From the NCBI GenBank assembly GCA_025558095.1, contig JAIVFI010000028.1:124001-188000 (forward strand): 64,000 bases of DNA, given 5' to 3'. A model generated the notes under the pieces. It worked only from the letters and a program-made list of their open reading frames with translations, had not been told where the DNA came from and ran no database searches. The position numbers and the translations under genes are program-made. Below are positions 33,116 through 44,343 of this stretch, piece after piece; position 1 is the stretch's first letter; each line of letters opens with the position of its first letter. The stretch is from Hyaloraphidium curvatum SAG 235-1. Lineage: Eukaryota; Fungi; Monoblepharomycota.

Positions 33116-34141
33116 CTAGGTTTCGGGATCTGGAATGTCCTCGACAATGAGTTCGGAAAGATTATATGCCGCTGCCACGATCTCTTCCTGCACGGGAATG
33201 TACTTCCGGCGCCGTTTCACGTGGAGGCGACGCAGCCCGGGCAGCCGGAAAGGCCACTTCCCGCCGAGGCCAAGGAATTCGCCCACGTCGAACTCTTTCC
33301 ACGATGCCATGAGCAGGGTGAACTGGGTAAGGCGGATGCCGCCGACGTGCAGCCACTTCCAGAGGTCCTCGGCCCATCGCGGCTCCATGCAGCGCAGCAC
33401 GACGAGTTCCTGAAGCTTTGGGCATCCCATGACGAAGGGCTCCACGGGCCAAAAGTCCCGGAAGGGATGGACCGTCAAGCGCCTGATGTTGTCGAGCCGA
33501 AGCCCGTGCGAGAGACAAAGTTCGGATAGATCGTAACGCTTCTCGGGGTGTTTGTCGTCCTAAAGGTCAAGGTGCACAGGCGCGGATAGCACCAGCTCTT
33601 CCAGATTGGGCAATCCGGCCAAGCAGTAGAGAAAGTCTCGCGGCAGCCGGTCGATTTCTACGCGCACGATTTTCCGGCTGCCCATGAGGAGGCGCTGCAG
33701 TTCCCATTCCCACATTTCGTCCTGCTCCATGGCCATGGCCTGAGGCGCCGAGATATCCAGTCGCCGGATCAGCGACGCTGGTGCAACCCCGCGTGGCCCC
33801 GAGGCAAGCAAGAAGTCGATGAAGGTCTCGAGGAGGGCGCAGAACAGGGTGTGGTCTGGCAGAGACCGACGGACGAAAGGAAACAACCGAAGACGCATGC
33901 TACCGTACAGCAGCGGCGACAAAAAGTCGTAGGTGTCAGCGGAAGCCAAGGCGAGCTCGACGAGGCTCTTCCGCGGGAGGTAGCGCGCGATGTGGCGCCA
34001 GAGCTCCACAGGAAGCGCGAACGACGACGCGGCGCCGCCCTCGTCGGGGGGGCCCGCATCGCCCACGACGACATCGGCCGCCATTTTCAGAGGGCGATCT
34101 TTCGTTTCCGTGCCAGCGTTGGTACCGCTGGTCGCGTGCAA
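33116..34141 (-). pseudogene. F-box/LRR-like gene with in-frame TAG at 33560-33562
   Basis: F-box-like LPVELWRHIARYL; LRR-like LPNLEEL, CPKLQEL, LPGLRRL. ORFs 33560-34141 and 33116-33478 are in the same frame, separated only by the stop. Confidence 0.55.
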
Positions 34142-34485
34142 GGAGTCGCTCCCCGGGGCTCCGGACCCTGAGCGTTTAGACGTTCACACGTTCGCGGCCA
34201 GAATGGACCCCGTGCCCAGCAAACAGATCCAGATCGTCTTTATACTCCCGAACTTGATATATATGTAGAGCGTCTTCACATTTTTCTGAGCTGGGCGCAT
34301 CCGCCACCTGTCCTGTCACCCGGCCGCCGGCGCACCTGGTCGCACGGCATTCCAAGACTACCTTGAGAGGATGGATCGGACGAACAAGGTAGCGCGAAGC
34401 GGATCAGATACAATGCGCATCACCATGAATTCAAAGAGGAAACCCAATAACAATGGCAGTCTACAGATGCTGCTTTTTCCATGAT

Positions 34486-36261
34486 TTAGCTCTTCTCCTC
34501 GGCGGCCTTCTCAGCGACCTCGATCGAAGCGTCCGGCGCCACCTTGCCGATCGGGATCGCGATGGCCTCGTGGTGGCCGCTCTCCATGATCTGCATGTCC
34601 TCGGCATTCTTCGCGGCCTGGTAGCGGAGGATGTAGGGGATCGCTGGACGCAGGAAGGATCAGATCCGGGCCGATGTGCAGAGGGCGTGGGAGACCCACG
34701 GATGAAGCAGAGGAGCGAAATGGCGTAGCAGCCGTACGAGGCGAACATGCCGGGCACGTAGTTGGGCGCGTCCTTGTTGGGGAACAGGAACGGCCCGACG
34801 ACGAGGGCGCCGGCGTAGGCGGTGAGGGTGAAGGCCGAGTTGACCGTGGCGCGGCCAGTGCCCTTGGAGCTGTTGGCGCGGTAGGCCCAGATGATGGGGT
34901 AGGCCGAGGTGGTGAGGCCGGCGAGGAGGACGAAGAGGAGGCGCACGCCGGCGGGGACGGCGGATGGGTTGAGGGCGGTGATGGCGAGGGGGAGGGAGCC
35001 GACGAGCGGGAAGAAGGCGATGGTGAAGATGATGTGCTTGATGCGCTCGTTGGTCCAGTCCGAGTGCCAGCTGTTGATCAGGATGGCGATGGTGTTGCAG
35101 CCGTGCGAGAGGGCGGCGATGCCGTTGGCCTGGACCGAGGTCTTGAAGCCGAGACCCTGAATGATCGAGGGAAGCAGGGCGGAGGAGCCAGCGACTGGGA
35201 GATCGAGGAAGTAAGGGCGGATCGGGTGCTGCAGACGGTAAAGACACCCACTGGGAATGGCGATCAAGAACTGGAAGAAGAAGAAGAGCCACAGGACGGG
35301 GTCTGCGAGCTCCTTCAAAATGTCGTCCTTGGTGATCTTGTCCAGAGCGGAAGGCGCATTGGGCGGCAGGCGGCGGACGGCGATGTCTTTCTCGGCGTCG
35401 GTAAGGAACTTTGCGTCTTGTGGGAAACCGGGCAGAATGAATTAGAGTACAACGCCGTAGATGATGGCCGGGATGCCCTCGAGGATAAAGAGCCACTGCC
35501 AGCTGAACAGGCCGCCGAGGCCGTTCATGTTGGAGACGCCGATGGCGATGAAGCCGCCGACCATGCCCGCGACGCCGAGGCCGGTGAACGAGACGCCCAT
35601 GCGCTTGCCGCGCTCGCGCTGTGTGTACCTGGAAGGACGAGCCGAGGTCAGTCGAAGCGCGGGAGGTAGAGAGGCCGCAACCCACCAGAACGAGAGGTAA
35701 TAGGGCACGCCGGGAAGCAGACCGGCCTCGGCGACACCGAGGAAGAAGCGTGTTGCCATCGCGCCGGCAAAGTTGTGCACCACGGCCTGGCACATGACGA
35801 TCGCGCCCCAGGTGACCATGATGCGGGAGAACCACTTGGGCGCCGACATCTTCTTGAGCAGGAAGTTGCTGAACGGCTCGCAGAGGAACAGGCCGATGCC
35901 GTAGATGGAGATGACCCAGTTGAACTGCACGCCGGTGAGGTTCCACGAGGCCTCGATGGACTCGTCGGTGCCCGAGTTCAGGACCTTGGCGTTGGCCATA
36001 TTCTGGCGGTCGAGGTAGCCAAGGAACATCATGATGAAGCACGGGAGCAGGATGCGGTTGTCCATCTTGCGGACGATGCGGCGCTCCTCCTCCGCCGACC
36101 AGTCGCCCTCGGGGATGAAGGACTCCTGCGCGACATCGATCTTCTTGTTCTTGTCGGGCCCTGAGAAGAAAAACGCGTAAGTGGCGCGTCGTTGAGCCGC
36201 GCAACGCCAGCGTCCCGAGGGACGGGCGTCGCGTTCGTCACTCACAAAGGCAGCCTGCCAT
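34486..36261 (-). CDS. MFS transporter, fungal anion:cation symporter (Dal5/Tna1-like); 4 introns
   Basis: EERRIVRKMD.RI, YLDRQNMANAK, EPFSN.LLKK, RFFLGVAEAG..PG, WQWLFILEGIP, DAPNYVPG. Spliced start MAGCLWPDK, spliced end AAEEKS. Confidence 0.88.
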
Positions 36262-36505
36262 TGCGACGGTGGTTGTCGGTGTCGGGGAGAACGTTCGAGA
36301 GGGCGACTGGCAATGAAGACGGGAGGCAATGCGGGAGGCATCCTTGCCTGCGGCCTCTTCTAGCGCGGGTGTTTGCCCTCGGAGTTGGGGGGCAAGTCCC
36401 GCCTCCCTTGCCACCCCAGTCCCCCCGAATCACAGAAAAGGTCCGCAGGCAAACCAGCTGCTGCCGCATCGTCTAGACTGTCTGCACGTTCCGCCCACAC
36501 TCACG
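36262..36505. promoter_or_regulatory. Bidirectional promoter (MFS / fumarylpyruvate hydrolase) with clustered C[CG]GNNGGCAA motifs
   Basis: Exact motif at 36320, 36344 (rev), 36373 (rev) and 36443; near-matches at 36304, 36332, 36386 and 36408. Confidence 0.6.
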
Positions 36506-37266
36506 ATGACCGCCTCGGAGTACCTGTTCGAGCCTCCGCCCGTCCGGTCGCTGCCCGTTCGCGGCGAGCAGCGAAAGTTCCCCGTCAACCGCCTCTTCTT
36601 CGTGGGCCGCAACTACCATGCTCACGCCCGGGAGATGGGCCGGCCGGTGGACAAGTCGGTGGAGAGGCCGTTCTACTTCACCAAGTCCATTGACACGCTG
36701 ACCCTGAGCGGTGCGGTGCTTACTACCAGTCGCGCTCGGACTCCAACTGATTCGCGCTTCCAGGTGCCACCACGCCCTATCCTCCCTCGACCAAGAACTA
36801 CCACTTCGAGATGGAGCTGGTGGTTGCCATCGGCAAGCCCGGCTTCCGCGTTCTTGCCGACAAGGCCGCCGAGATCGTGTATGGATACGCCGCCGGGCTC
36901 GACATGACCCGACGCGACGTGCAGCTGGAGGCCCGGGACAAGGGCCGGCCGTGGGACCTGGGCAAGGACGTGGAGCACTCGAGCGTGTGCTCCGAGATCG
37001 TGCCGATGGAGGGGCAGATCGTGTCCAAGGGGGCGATCGTGCTGAGCGTCAACGGCGCGACCAAGCAGTCCTCGGACGTTGCGAAGCTCATCTGGGACAT
37101 CCCGGAGATCATCGCCGACCTGAGCCAGTTCTACCACCTGCAGGCCGGGGACTTGATCTACACGGGTACGCCGGAGGGCGTCGCCGCGGTGCTGCCAGGC
37201 GACAAGATCGAGGGCAGCGTCGAGGGCATTGCCGAGGTGGGGCTGACGGTCGGTAATGTAGAGTAA
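36506..37266 (+). CDS. nagK: Fumarylpyruvate hydrolase (FAH family), NagK-like; intron 36711-36763
   Basis: FPVNRLFFVGRNYHAHAREMGRPVDKSVE, YHFEMELVVAIGK, GLDMTRRD.Q..ARDKGRPWD.GKD, GDLIYTGTPEGV. Confidence 0.9.
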
Positions 37267-37373
37267 ATGCGTTCATCTTCATGGGAATTGCAAAACAAAG
37301 ACCGTCCTTCCTTGCTCTGATCCCGTCCTCCCAACTCCCAAGGTCCCGTCTCGGCAAACCCCGCAACAATGTC

Positions 37374-39173
37374 CTACGGCATCAGCTCACCGGAAGCACT
37401 CATGAGATTCCAAAGCTTCAGCGACGGCAGCCAAGAAGAAACGCCGCGGTCGACCTGGTTCATCGCCTCCGAGAGCGCGGCGACGGGTGAGGTGGGTTCC
37501 GACACCCCCATCTTGGCGAACTGAGCGTGGACTTCGTCGAGCTCGGCGTCGGCGACGGATGGGCCGGCGAGCCTGTCGTCCAGGGCGCCCGCCGACCTCG
37601 CTGCGCCCATGAAGTCGGCCGCCATCTTGGCCACCAGCGGCGCCCCCGTCGCCATGGCCGCGAGGGTGCGCGCAATGTCCTCCGTGTTCTTGCGCAGCCT
37701 GTCCGCGGCCCACTCCGACGCGGGATCATCCTTGACAACGCGGAACAGGACGACGGAGAACATGCCGACCCGCACAGCGTGGGTGCTCACTATGGGGTGC
37801 AAGATCGGGAGATCTGACTGGCTGAGGTGCTCCAGGAGGTCGCACATAGTCTGCAAACGGTCAAGGATCCGCAGGAAGACCGAGGAGCCGAAGAGGGTGT
37901 CGACAGATGGCAAAGATGAGGGGCCCTCCCCCGGATCCGCAGCGGCTTCGGGCCATGTCGCCAAGACGGTGAACAGCATCCCGAAGAAGACGTGAGCGCA
38001 CGCCGAGTCGGCAAAGCAGGGGTGCGACATGAGCGGAAGGGGGTCCCCTGCGAGAAGGGACACGCCCACGGCTTCCGGCATGGCGTCGATGAAGACGCCT
38101 GTGAGGTCGTACAACTCCTCGAGCGCGTCGCAGTAGGTACGCTCGTCCGCCGTGTACTCGTCGCGCTCTTTGCCGAGGATCGTCAACGGGTATACCCTGT
38201 GTTCGCTGGAAAAGACGCGGAGTTTGCTGCGTGTGCCCCGGATGAAGGTCTGCACGGTGCACACCGAAAGGCAGCTTGCCCGCTGCTCAAAGATGGCGTC
38301 GACGATCTGTTTCATGGCAGCGGTACCGGCTTCCAGCGCCGGCAACTTGGAGCAGGCCGAAAAGTCGGCGAAGCGCACGGGACCCAAGGCTCCCGCCGCG
38401 CAAAGGGCACCGAAGGCAGCCTCGGGATCAGGGCTGAGGAAGTAGGTCTCGTGTGCCGGAAGAGGCACCGGGAAGACGGCGGCGTCGAAGAGACCCGAAC
38501 TGCCGAAGTAAGAAGCGGTTCCGTTGTCGAAGGCATTGAACATGATCCAGCAGCGCAGCGCCGAGTCCGCTCTGATCCACTCCTCGACCGTAGCGGGTTC
38601 CCGCATCTCCTGGGAGAAGCTTCCCGAGTTGTCGAGGCACAGGGTGGCGAGGGTGGCGCGACCCGTCATTATGAGCGGGCCCACGGCCGCCGACATGGTC
38701 CGGAAGACAAAGAAGTGTAGGAGGTACACCACGGTTTGTGCCGTCTCGAGCGGATCGGCCAGGCCAGCCAACACGCCCTTCAGAGCGGCGCTGGCAAACA
38801 CGCGTCCGGCATCGAGATCCGAAGCGCCAAGCGCCGCCATCGAAAGCAGCAGCATCGGGCCCGGGGCGGCCAGCGCCGAGGGGTGAACAATGCAGGGAGA
38901 GGCGCCGGATGCCACGAACGCCGCGGCGGCCTCGGCCAGCCCGGGGACGCCGCTCACCGCAACGGCCAGGGCAATGTCGGGCGGCGCCGCGGCCTCGGCG
39001 GGCGGCGCTATGGCCACCTTAGGCGGGGCGGCCGCCGCCAGCTCGCAGTCGCGGCCCAGCGCTGCGCAGCGCTGGCACGCCGCGCCCGCCTCGCCGCTGG
39101 GCTCGCATTTTTTCTTGTCCGTAAAACAGGAAGTGCAGGACTTGCGGGCAACGCCGTACTTCCTCGGGGGCAT
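37374..39173 (-). CDS. Zn(II)2Cys6 transcription factor, paralog 1
   Basis: CTSCFTDKKKC..CQRC......C binuclear cluster followed by a fungal-TF middle region (WIRADSALRCW). Intronless. Confidence 0.85.
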   Translation of the reverse strand: MPPRKYGVARKSCTSCFTDKKKCEPSGEAGAACQRCAALGRDCELAAAAPPKVAIAPPAEAAAPPDIALAVAVSGVPGLAEAAAAFVASGASPCIVHPSALAAPGPMLLLSMAALGASDLDAGRVFASAALKGVLAGLADPLETAQTVVYLLHFFVFRTMSAAVGPLIMTGRATLATLCLDNSGSFSQEMREPATVEEWIRADSALRCWIMFNAFDNGTASYFGSSGLFDAAVFPVPLPAHETYFLSPDPEAAFGALCAAGALGPVRFADFSACSKLPALEAGTAAMKQIVDAIFEQRASCLSVCTVQTFIRGTRSKLRVFSSEHRVYPLTILGKERDEYTADERTYCDALEELYDLTGVFIDAMPEAVGVSLLAGDPLPLMSHPCFADSACAHVFFGMLFTVLATWPEAAADPGEGPSSLPSVDTLFGSSVFLRILDRLQTMCDLLEHLSQSDLPILHPIVSTHAVRVGMFSVVLFRVVKDDPASEWAADRLRKNTEDIARTLAAMATGAPLVAKMAADFMGAARSAGALDDRLAGPSVADAELDEVHAQFAKMGVSEPTSPVAALSEAMNQVDRGVSSWLPSLKLWNLMSASGELMP

Positions 39174-39679
39174 CGTCGGAGTCGGTGCGCGTGAGATGGC
39201 TGGGCCGGGACCGAACCCAGCGATGGGATTAAGCGCCAAGTCGTCACATTCCAAAAACAGCGACCGGAAGCATTCAGGGCGGATCGTCTCCATGTCAGAG
39301 GTACCCTCACAGCTAGCATCCAGAATCCGATCTCGCGCGGGGCTGTTTGAATGAAATTGAATGGCCGATCGTTCGCCACACGGTCCAAACGGATCGGCAA
39401 AAGCCCCCCGTACGGCCAGTCCCTGGCCGGCGGCAAAAGCGCTCCTATCGCTGCAGCTCCAGTTTGAGCAGAATGCGCGTCGCCCTTCAAGCCCGCGTGG
39501 CCCGCTGTGAAAGGTCTCCCAAGATGGCACATCTGTGGTGCGATCCATGCACGGGTCCGCTCGCCGCCCGAAGCAGACCGGCTCCAATTTTTCGTGCCTG
39601 GCTTCATTCCAGATTGGCACAGGCCATCTGATGTTTCATCCAGGTGCATCGAACGAAGCAACGTCCGGCCAAGACATTC

Positions 39680-41479
39680 CTACTTATCTAGCTTACCCGA
39701 AATCGCTCTCCTCGTCCAATTCTCCAACGACGGCAGCCATGTCGACACGCCCCGATCGAGCTGGATCATCCCCTCCGAGAGCGCCGCCACGGGCGACTCG
39801 CGCTCCGCGATCCCCAACCTTGCAAACTCGACGTGCACCTCGCCGAGCTCGGCATCCGTCACCTCCGGTCCCGCGAACCCTTCGTCCAGGGCACCCGCTT
39901 CCCTTGCGGCGCGCGCAAAGTCTGCCGCGACCTTGGCCACCAGCGGCGCGCGGCCGAGCCCGACGGCCCCCAGCGCGCGGGCGATGAACTCCACGTTCCT
40001 TCGCAGCCGCGCCGCCACCCACTCCGAGGAAAGATCGTCCCGCACAACGCGGAAAAGTGCCACGCTGAACATGCCGACCCGCATCGCGTGGACGCTCAAG
40101 ACCGGGTGCAGCTGCGCGAGGTCTGCGTCGCCGAGGTGCTCCAGCAGGTCGCTCATGGTCTGCACGCGGTCAAGAATGCGCACGAAGGCCGGGGAGCCGA
40201 AGAGGGCGTCGGAGGGCAAAGGAGACGCAGGTGTCTCGAGCGGATCGGCGGCGGCCTCGAGCCAGGTGGCCATGACGGCAAAGGCCATCCCGAAAAAGCT
40301 GTGCGCGCACGCCTTGTTGGGGAAGCAGGGGTTCGAGAAAAGGGGGAGAGGGTCCCCGGCCAGCAGCGGTCCGCCCACGGCTTCCGGCATGGCGTCCACG
40401 AAAATGCCCACCAGCTCGTGCAACGCATCCAGCGCGTCCCAGTAGGTCCGCTCATCCGGAGTGCACTGCTCGCGGTCCTTGCCCATGATCGCAAGGGGGT
40501 TCACGCGGCGGTCGATAGCAAAGCCGCGGAGCTTACTGCGCACGCTGCGGACAAAGGCCTGCACCGAGCAGACGGCAAGGCAGCTTGCGCGCCGCGCAAA
40601 GACGGCCCCGACTATCTGGCGAATAGCAGCGCTCCCGGCTTCGAGAGCGGCCATCTGCACACACGCCGAAAAGTCCGCAAAACGGCCTGGGCCGAAGGCT
40701 CCGGTTGCGCAGAGGGCGACGAACGCGGCCCGCGGATCTGGGCTGAAGAAGTAGTCCTCGTGCGCCGGGAGTGGCACCGGGCATATGGCGGCATCGAACA
40801 GCGCATCATCGCCGAAGTAGGAAGCAGCACCGCTGTCGAAAGCGTTGAAGACGCACCAACATCGCAGGGCCGAGTCTGCTCTGATCCAGACGTCGGGCGT
40901 TGAGGGCTCACGCACTTCGCGCGAGAAGGCACCTGAGGCGTCCAGGCACAGGGTCGCCAAGGCAGCTCGACCCGTAACCAGGAGCGGGGCGACGGCGGCC
41001 GACATCGTCCTGAAAACGAAAAAGTGAAGGAGCAGGACCACGCACTGCGCGGTCTCGAGTGGATCCACCAAGCCCGCCAGCGTTCTTTCTAGGGCGGCCC
41101 CAGCAAAGAACCGCGCCTCGTCGAGATCAGATGCACCGAGGGACGCCATTGCGAGGAGAAGCGTCGGTCCCGGCGCGGCCAGCGTGGTTCGGTGGAGGAC
41201 GGGAGGCGACGTGCCGCCGGCCACGAATGCCGCCGCCGCCGCGGCCAGCCCCGGAACTGCGCTCGGGCCATCGGTCAGGGAGCCCGGTGGCGTTATTGTC
41301 GTGGCATCGGCCGGCGGCGCGGCGGGGGCACGGGCGGCCACCGCGAACTCGCAGCTGCGGCCCAGCTCGGCGCAGCGCTCGCACTCAGTTCCGCCCGGCC
41401 GGGGCTGGCATTTTTTCTTGTCCGCGAAGCATTGGGCACACGACCGGCGGGCGAAACCGGATTTCCTCCTCGGGGGCAT
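39680..41479 (-). CDS. Zn(II)2Cys6 transcription factor, paralog 2 (tandem duplicate)
   Basis: CAQCFADKKKC..CERC......C; colinear with 37374-39173 along its whole length. Start may be 41497. Confidence 0.85.
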   Translation of the reverse strand: MPPRRKSGFARRSCAQCFADKKKCQPRPGGTECERCAELGRSCEFAVAARAPAAPPADATTITPPGSLTDGPSAVPGLAAAAAAFVAGGTSPPVLHRTTLAAPGPTLLLAMASLGASDLDEARFFAGAALERTLAGLVDPLETAQCVVLLLHFFVFRTMSAAVAPLLVTGRAALATLCLDASGAFSREVREPSTPDVWIRADSALRCWCVFNAFDSGAASYFGDDALFDAAICPVPLPAHEDYFFSPDPRAAFVALCATGAFGPGRFADFSACVQMAALEAGSAAIRQIVGAVFARRASCLAVCSVQAFVRSVRSKLRGFAIDRRVNPLAIMGKDREQCTPDERTYWDALDALHELVGIFVDAMPEAVGGPLLAGDPLPLFSNPCFPNKACAHSFFGMAFAVMATWLEAAADPLETPASPLPSDALFGSPAFVRILDRVQTMSDLLEHLGDADLAQLHPVLSVHAMRVGMFSVALFRVVRDDLSSEWVAARLRRNVEFIARALGAVGLGRAPLVAKVAADFARAAREAGALDEGFAGPEVTDAELGEVHVEFARLGIAERESPVAALSEGMIQLDRGVSTWLPSLENWTRRAISGKLDK

Positions 41480-41621
41480 TTTGGAGCTGTTGGGCATTAG
41501 TGAGATAGGGAACTTGGCACTTGGCACGGTATCATCACCATGGGGCGCGCACTGGGCCCGCAGTTTCTAGCAGCGCTGGTTGTGGTATTCCATGGACACA
41601 GCATGCAGGGTGGTGACGCTT

Positions 41622-43034
41622 CTACTCGTCGTCCGCCTTTTTCGCCTCGTCCTCCTCCTGGCCCTCCATCTGGACCAACACCTTGCCCTCCCCGACCGTG
41701 TCGCCGACCTTGTACATGACCTTGGCGATTTTGCCTGCATCGGGAGCTTTGATGACGTGCTGGTGGCGGCGACTGTGAGCGATGTGCCACGGATGCGCTG
41801 CGTTGGGCCCACCTCCATCTTCATTGCCTCCAAGACGACGAGGGGCTGTCCCTTTTCCACTACCGCACCGGGTTCCACCAGGACCTGGAGGCAAACGAAC
41901 CGTGAGCTCCGATCACGCGCTTCAACGAGAGCGGCTCACCGAAATGATGCGGCACGGCATCGGCGTAATGACGCTGCCCGCCGCCTCCATCTTGTGCGCC
42001 TGCCTCGCGTATGGCGGCAGCGGCAGCTGCAGCACCTCGAGCCCCGAGGGCAGGAAAAGGTTCACCGAACCGTCCCTCTCGGCCCTGGCGTCCCGCACGA
42101 CGACCGCGTTGCATTCCACCAGAGACCGCGGCGACGCGCCGTGCGGCGGCAAGTCCAGCCGCAGCGAGACGGCGCAAGTGTCCTTGCCCGCGCGCGCGGC
42201 GCGGGAGCCGACCTCGGCGCGCAGCACCCTCACGCCCTCGAGCCTGAGCACCACCTTGGGCTCCCCCTTTGCCGGCTTCTCGGAGAGCGCGATCCCGTAG
42301 CTCCCGTCGCGTGCAAACACCACCTCCACCTCGCCCCTGACCTGCCTCCGCCCGCCCTCGGCCTTGGCGTCGGGCACCTCCCATCCCACCTCGCCCTTCC
42401 ACCCGCCGGGCCCGTTGACCGCGAATCCCCTGAACGCGGCCCACGGATCCGGCTCCCCGGGCGCCGGCAGCCCCCCCGCGCTCGCCAGCAGCGCCGCGGC
42501 CCCCGCCGCCGCCGCCTCCCTCGACGGCGTCCCCTCCTCCACCGGCAGCAGCTCCGCCTTCCTCGCGGCGATGAACCCCGTGTCCACGTCCCCCTCCGCG
42601 AACCTGGCATCCGTGCACAGCCGCTTCAAAAACTCGACGTTGGTCCCCGGCCCCACGATCTCCGTTCGCGCCAGCGCCTCGCGCATCCGCCGCAGCGCCT
42701 CGCCGCGGTCGCGGCCCCACGCGACCAGCTTGGCCACCATGGGGTCGTATAGCACGCCGACCTCGTCTCCCTCGCGGACGCCGGTCTCGATGCGGAGGGT
42801 GGGGGTGGCGGGGGGGAAGCGGAGATGCAGGAGGGGGCCGGGCGCGGGGAAGAAGTTGTTGGCCGGGTTCTCGGCGTACAGGCGGGTCTCGAAGGCCCAG
42901 CCGTTGGGTGCGCGCGGGCCGGCGGTGGCGCGGTCCGAGTTGGTGGCAAGCCAGGAGGCGGGGAGGCCGTTGCCCGAGGCGACCTCGACCTGCCACTCGA
43001 CGAGGTCGACGCCGGCGACCATCTCCGTGACGGG

Positions 43035-43071
<37 letters not shown>

Positions 43072-44343
43072 TAGTAGAGGGGTTCGGGGGTGTCGAGAGT
43101 GGCCGCGTCGAGGATGAACTCGACGGTGCCCGCGCCGCGGTACTTGACGGCGCGGGCGGCGGCGATCGCCGAGGAGTGCAGGCGCGCGCGGAGGTCCTGG
43201 GGCAGATGTGGCTGCACAGCAGGGTGGGAATGGACACAAATCAGTCATGAAGACCACGGACCGCCTGATACGCAACTCACCGCCGGGGCCTCCTCAATGA
43301 TCTTCTGGTGCCGCCGCTGGACCGAGCAGTCGCGCTCGTACAGGTGCACATACCCGTCCTCCCCATCAGCAAACACCTGCACCTCGACGTGCCGCGGCCG
43401 GGTGATGTACTTTTCCACCAGCACCCTGCCGTCGCCGAAGCTGCGCTCGGCCTCGCGCCGCGCGCTCTCGAGCTGCTCCGGGAACTCGGCCGCCGAAGTT
43501 GCGATGCGCATGCCCTTGCCGCCGCCACCCTTAACGGCCTTGATCAGCACGGGGAAGCCGATCCGCTCGGCCTCGGCGGCCAGGAGGGCGGGGGACTGGT
43601 CCTCGCCGTGATAGCCGGGCACACAGGGGACGCCGGCGGCGAGCATGAGGCGTTTCGATTCGCTGCCATGACAGAGGGACACATGAGACATCAGGAGGGA
43701 GGTAGAACGGCCAGCAACCGCGGCATTCGCACCTTTTGGAGCCCATGTCGCGGATCGAATGCCCTCGCGGACCGATGAAGGCCAGCCCCTTGGATTCGAC
43801 GAGGTCCGCAAAGTCCGCATTCTCCGACAGGAACCCGTAGCCCGGATGGATGCCCTTTGCGCCGCACGCCAGCGCGATCTCGACGATGCGGTCGCCCTTG
43901 AGGTAGCTCTCGGAGGCGGCCTGCCCGCCCAGCGCGTATGCCTCGTCGGCCATCGCGACCCACATGCCCTGGCGGTCTGCGTCCGAGTACACGGCCACGG
44001 AGGCGATGCCGAGGCGCTTGAGGGTGGCGATGACGCGCACTGCGATCTCGCCGCGGTTCGCGACGAGGACCTTTGGCAGCAGCGGGTTGCGGGGCCGGGC
44101 GGCCCCGGCGTCGGAGTCCGCGCTTCCCGCGGTCGCAAAGAGCCGTGCGGAAGCGGACGAGACGGCAGCGACGCGGCGGGCCGGGGCATTAGCGCGGCGG
44201 GGCGCGTGCGGAATTTGACGCGCGGGCGCCGACGACAGGGGGCGCGCCGGGGGGAAGCGAAGGGCCCCGCTCGTCCGCGCCGGTGGAGAGCGCGCCGCAA
44301 GGAGCGCCGCCGGCGCTGCGGGAAGCGCGCGCCGCGGGAACAT
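41622..44343 (-). CDS. mccA: Biotin carboxylase + biotinyl domain, 3-methylcrotonyl-CoA carboxylase alpha-like, mitochondrial; several introns
   Basis: Presequence [67 protein letters not shown] biotin site. Confidence 0.85.

Noticed and set aside
33560-33562. TAG reassignment (alternative genetic code)
   Set aside because: Many intact genes here terminate at TAG (for example 10868, 28165, 51768, 61183).
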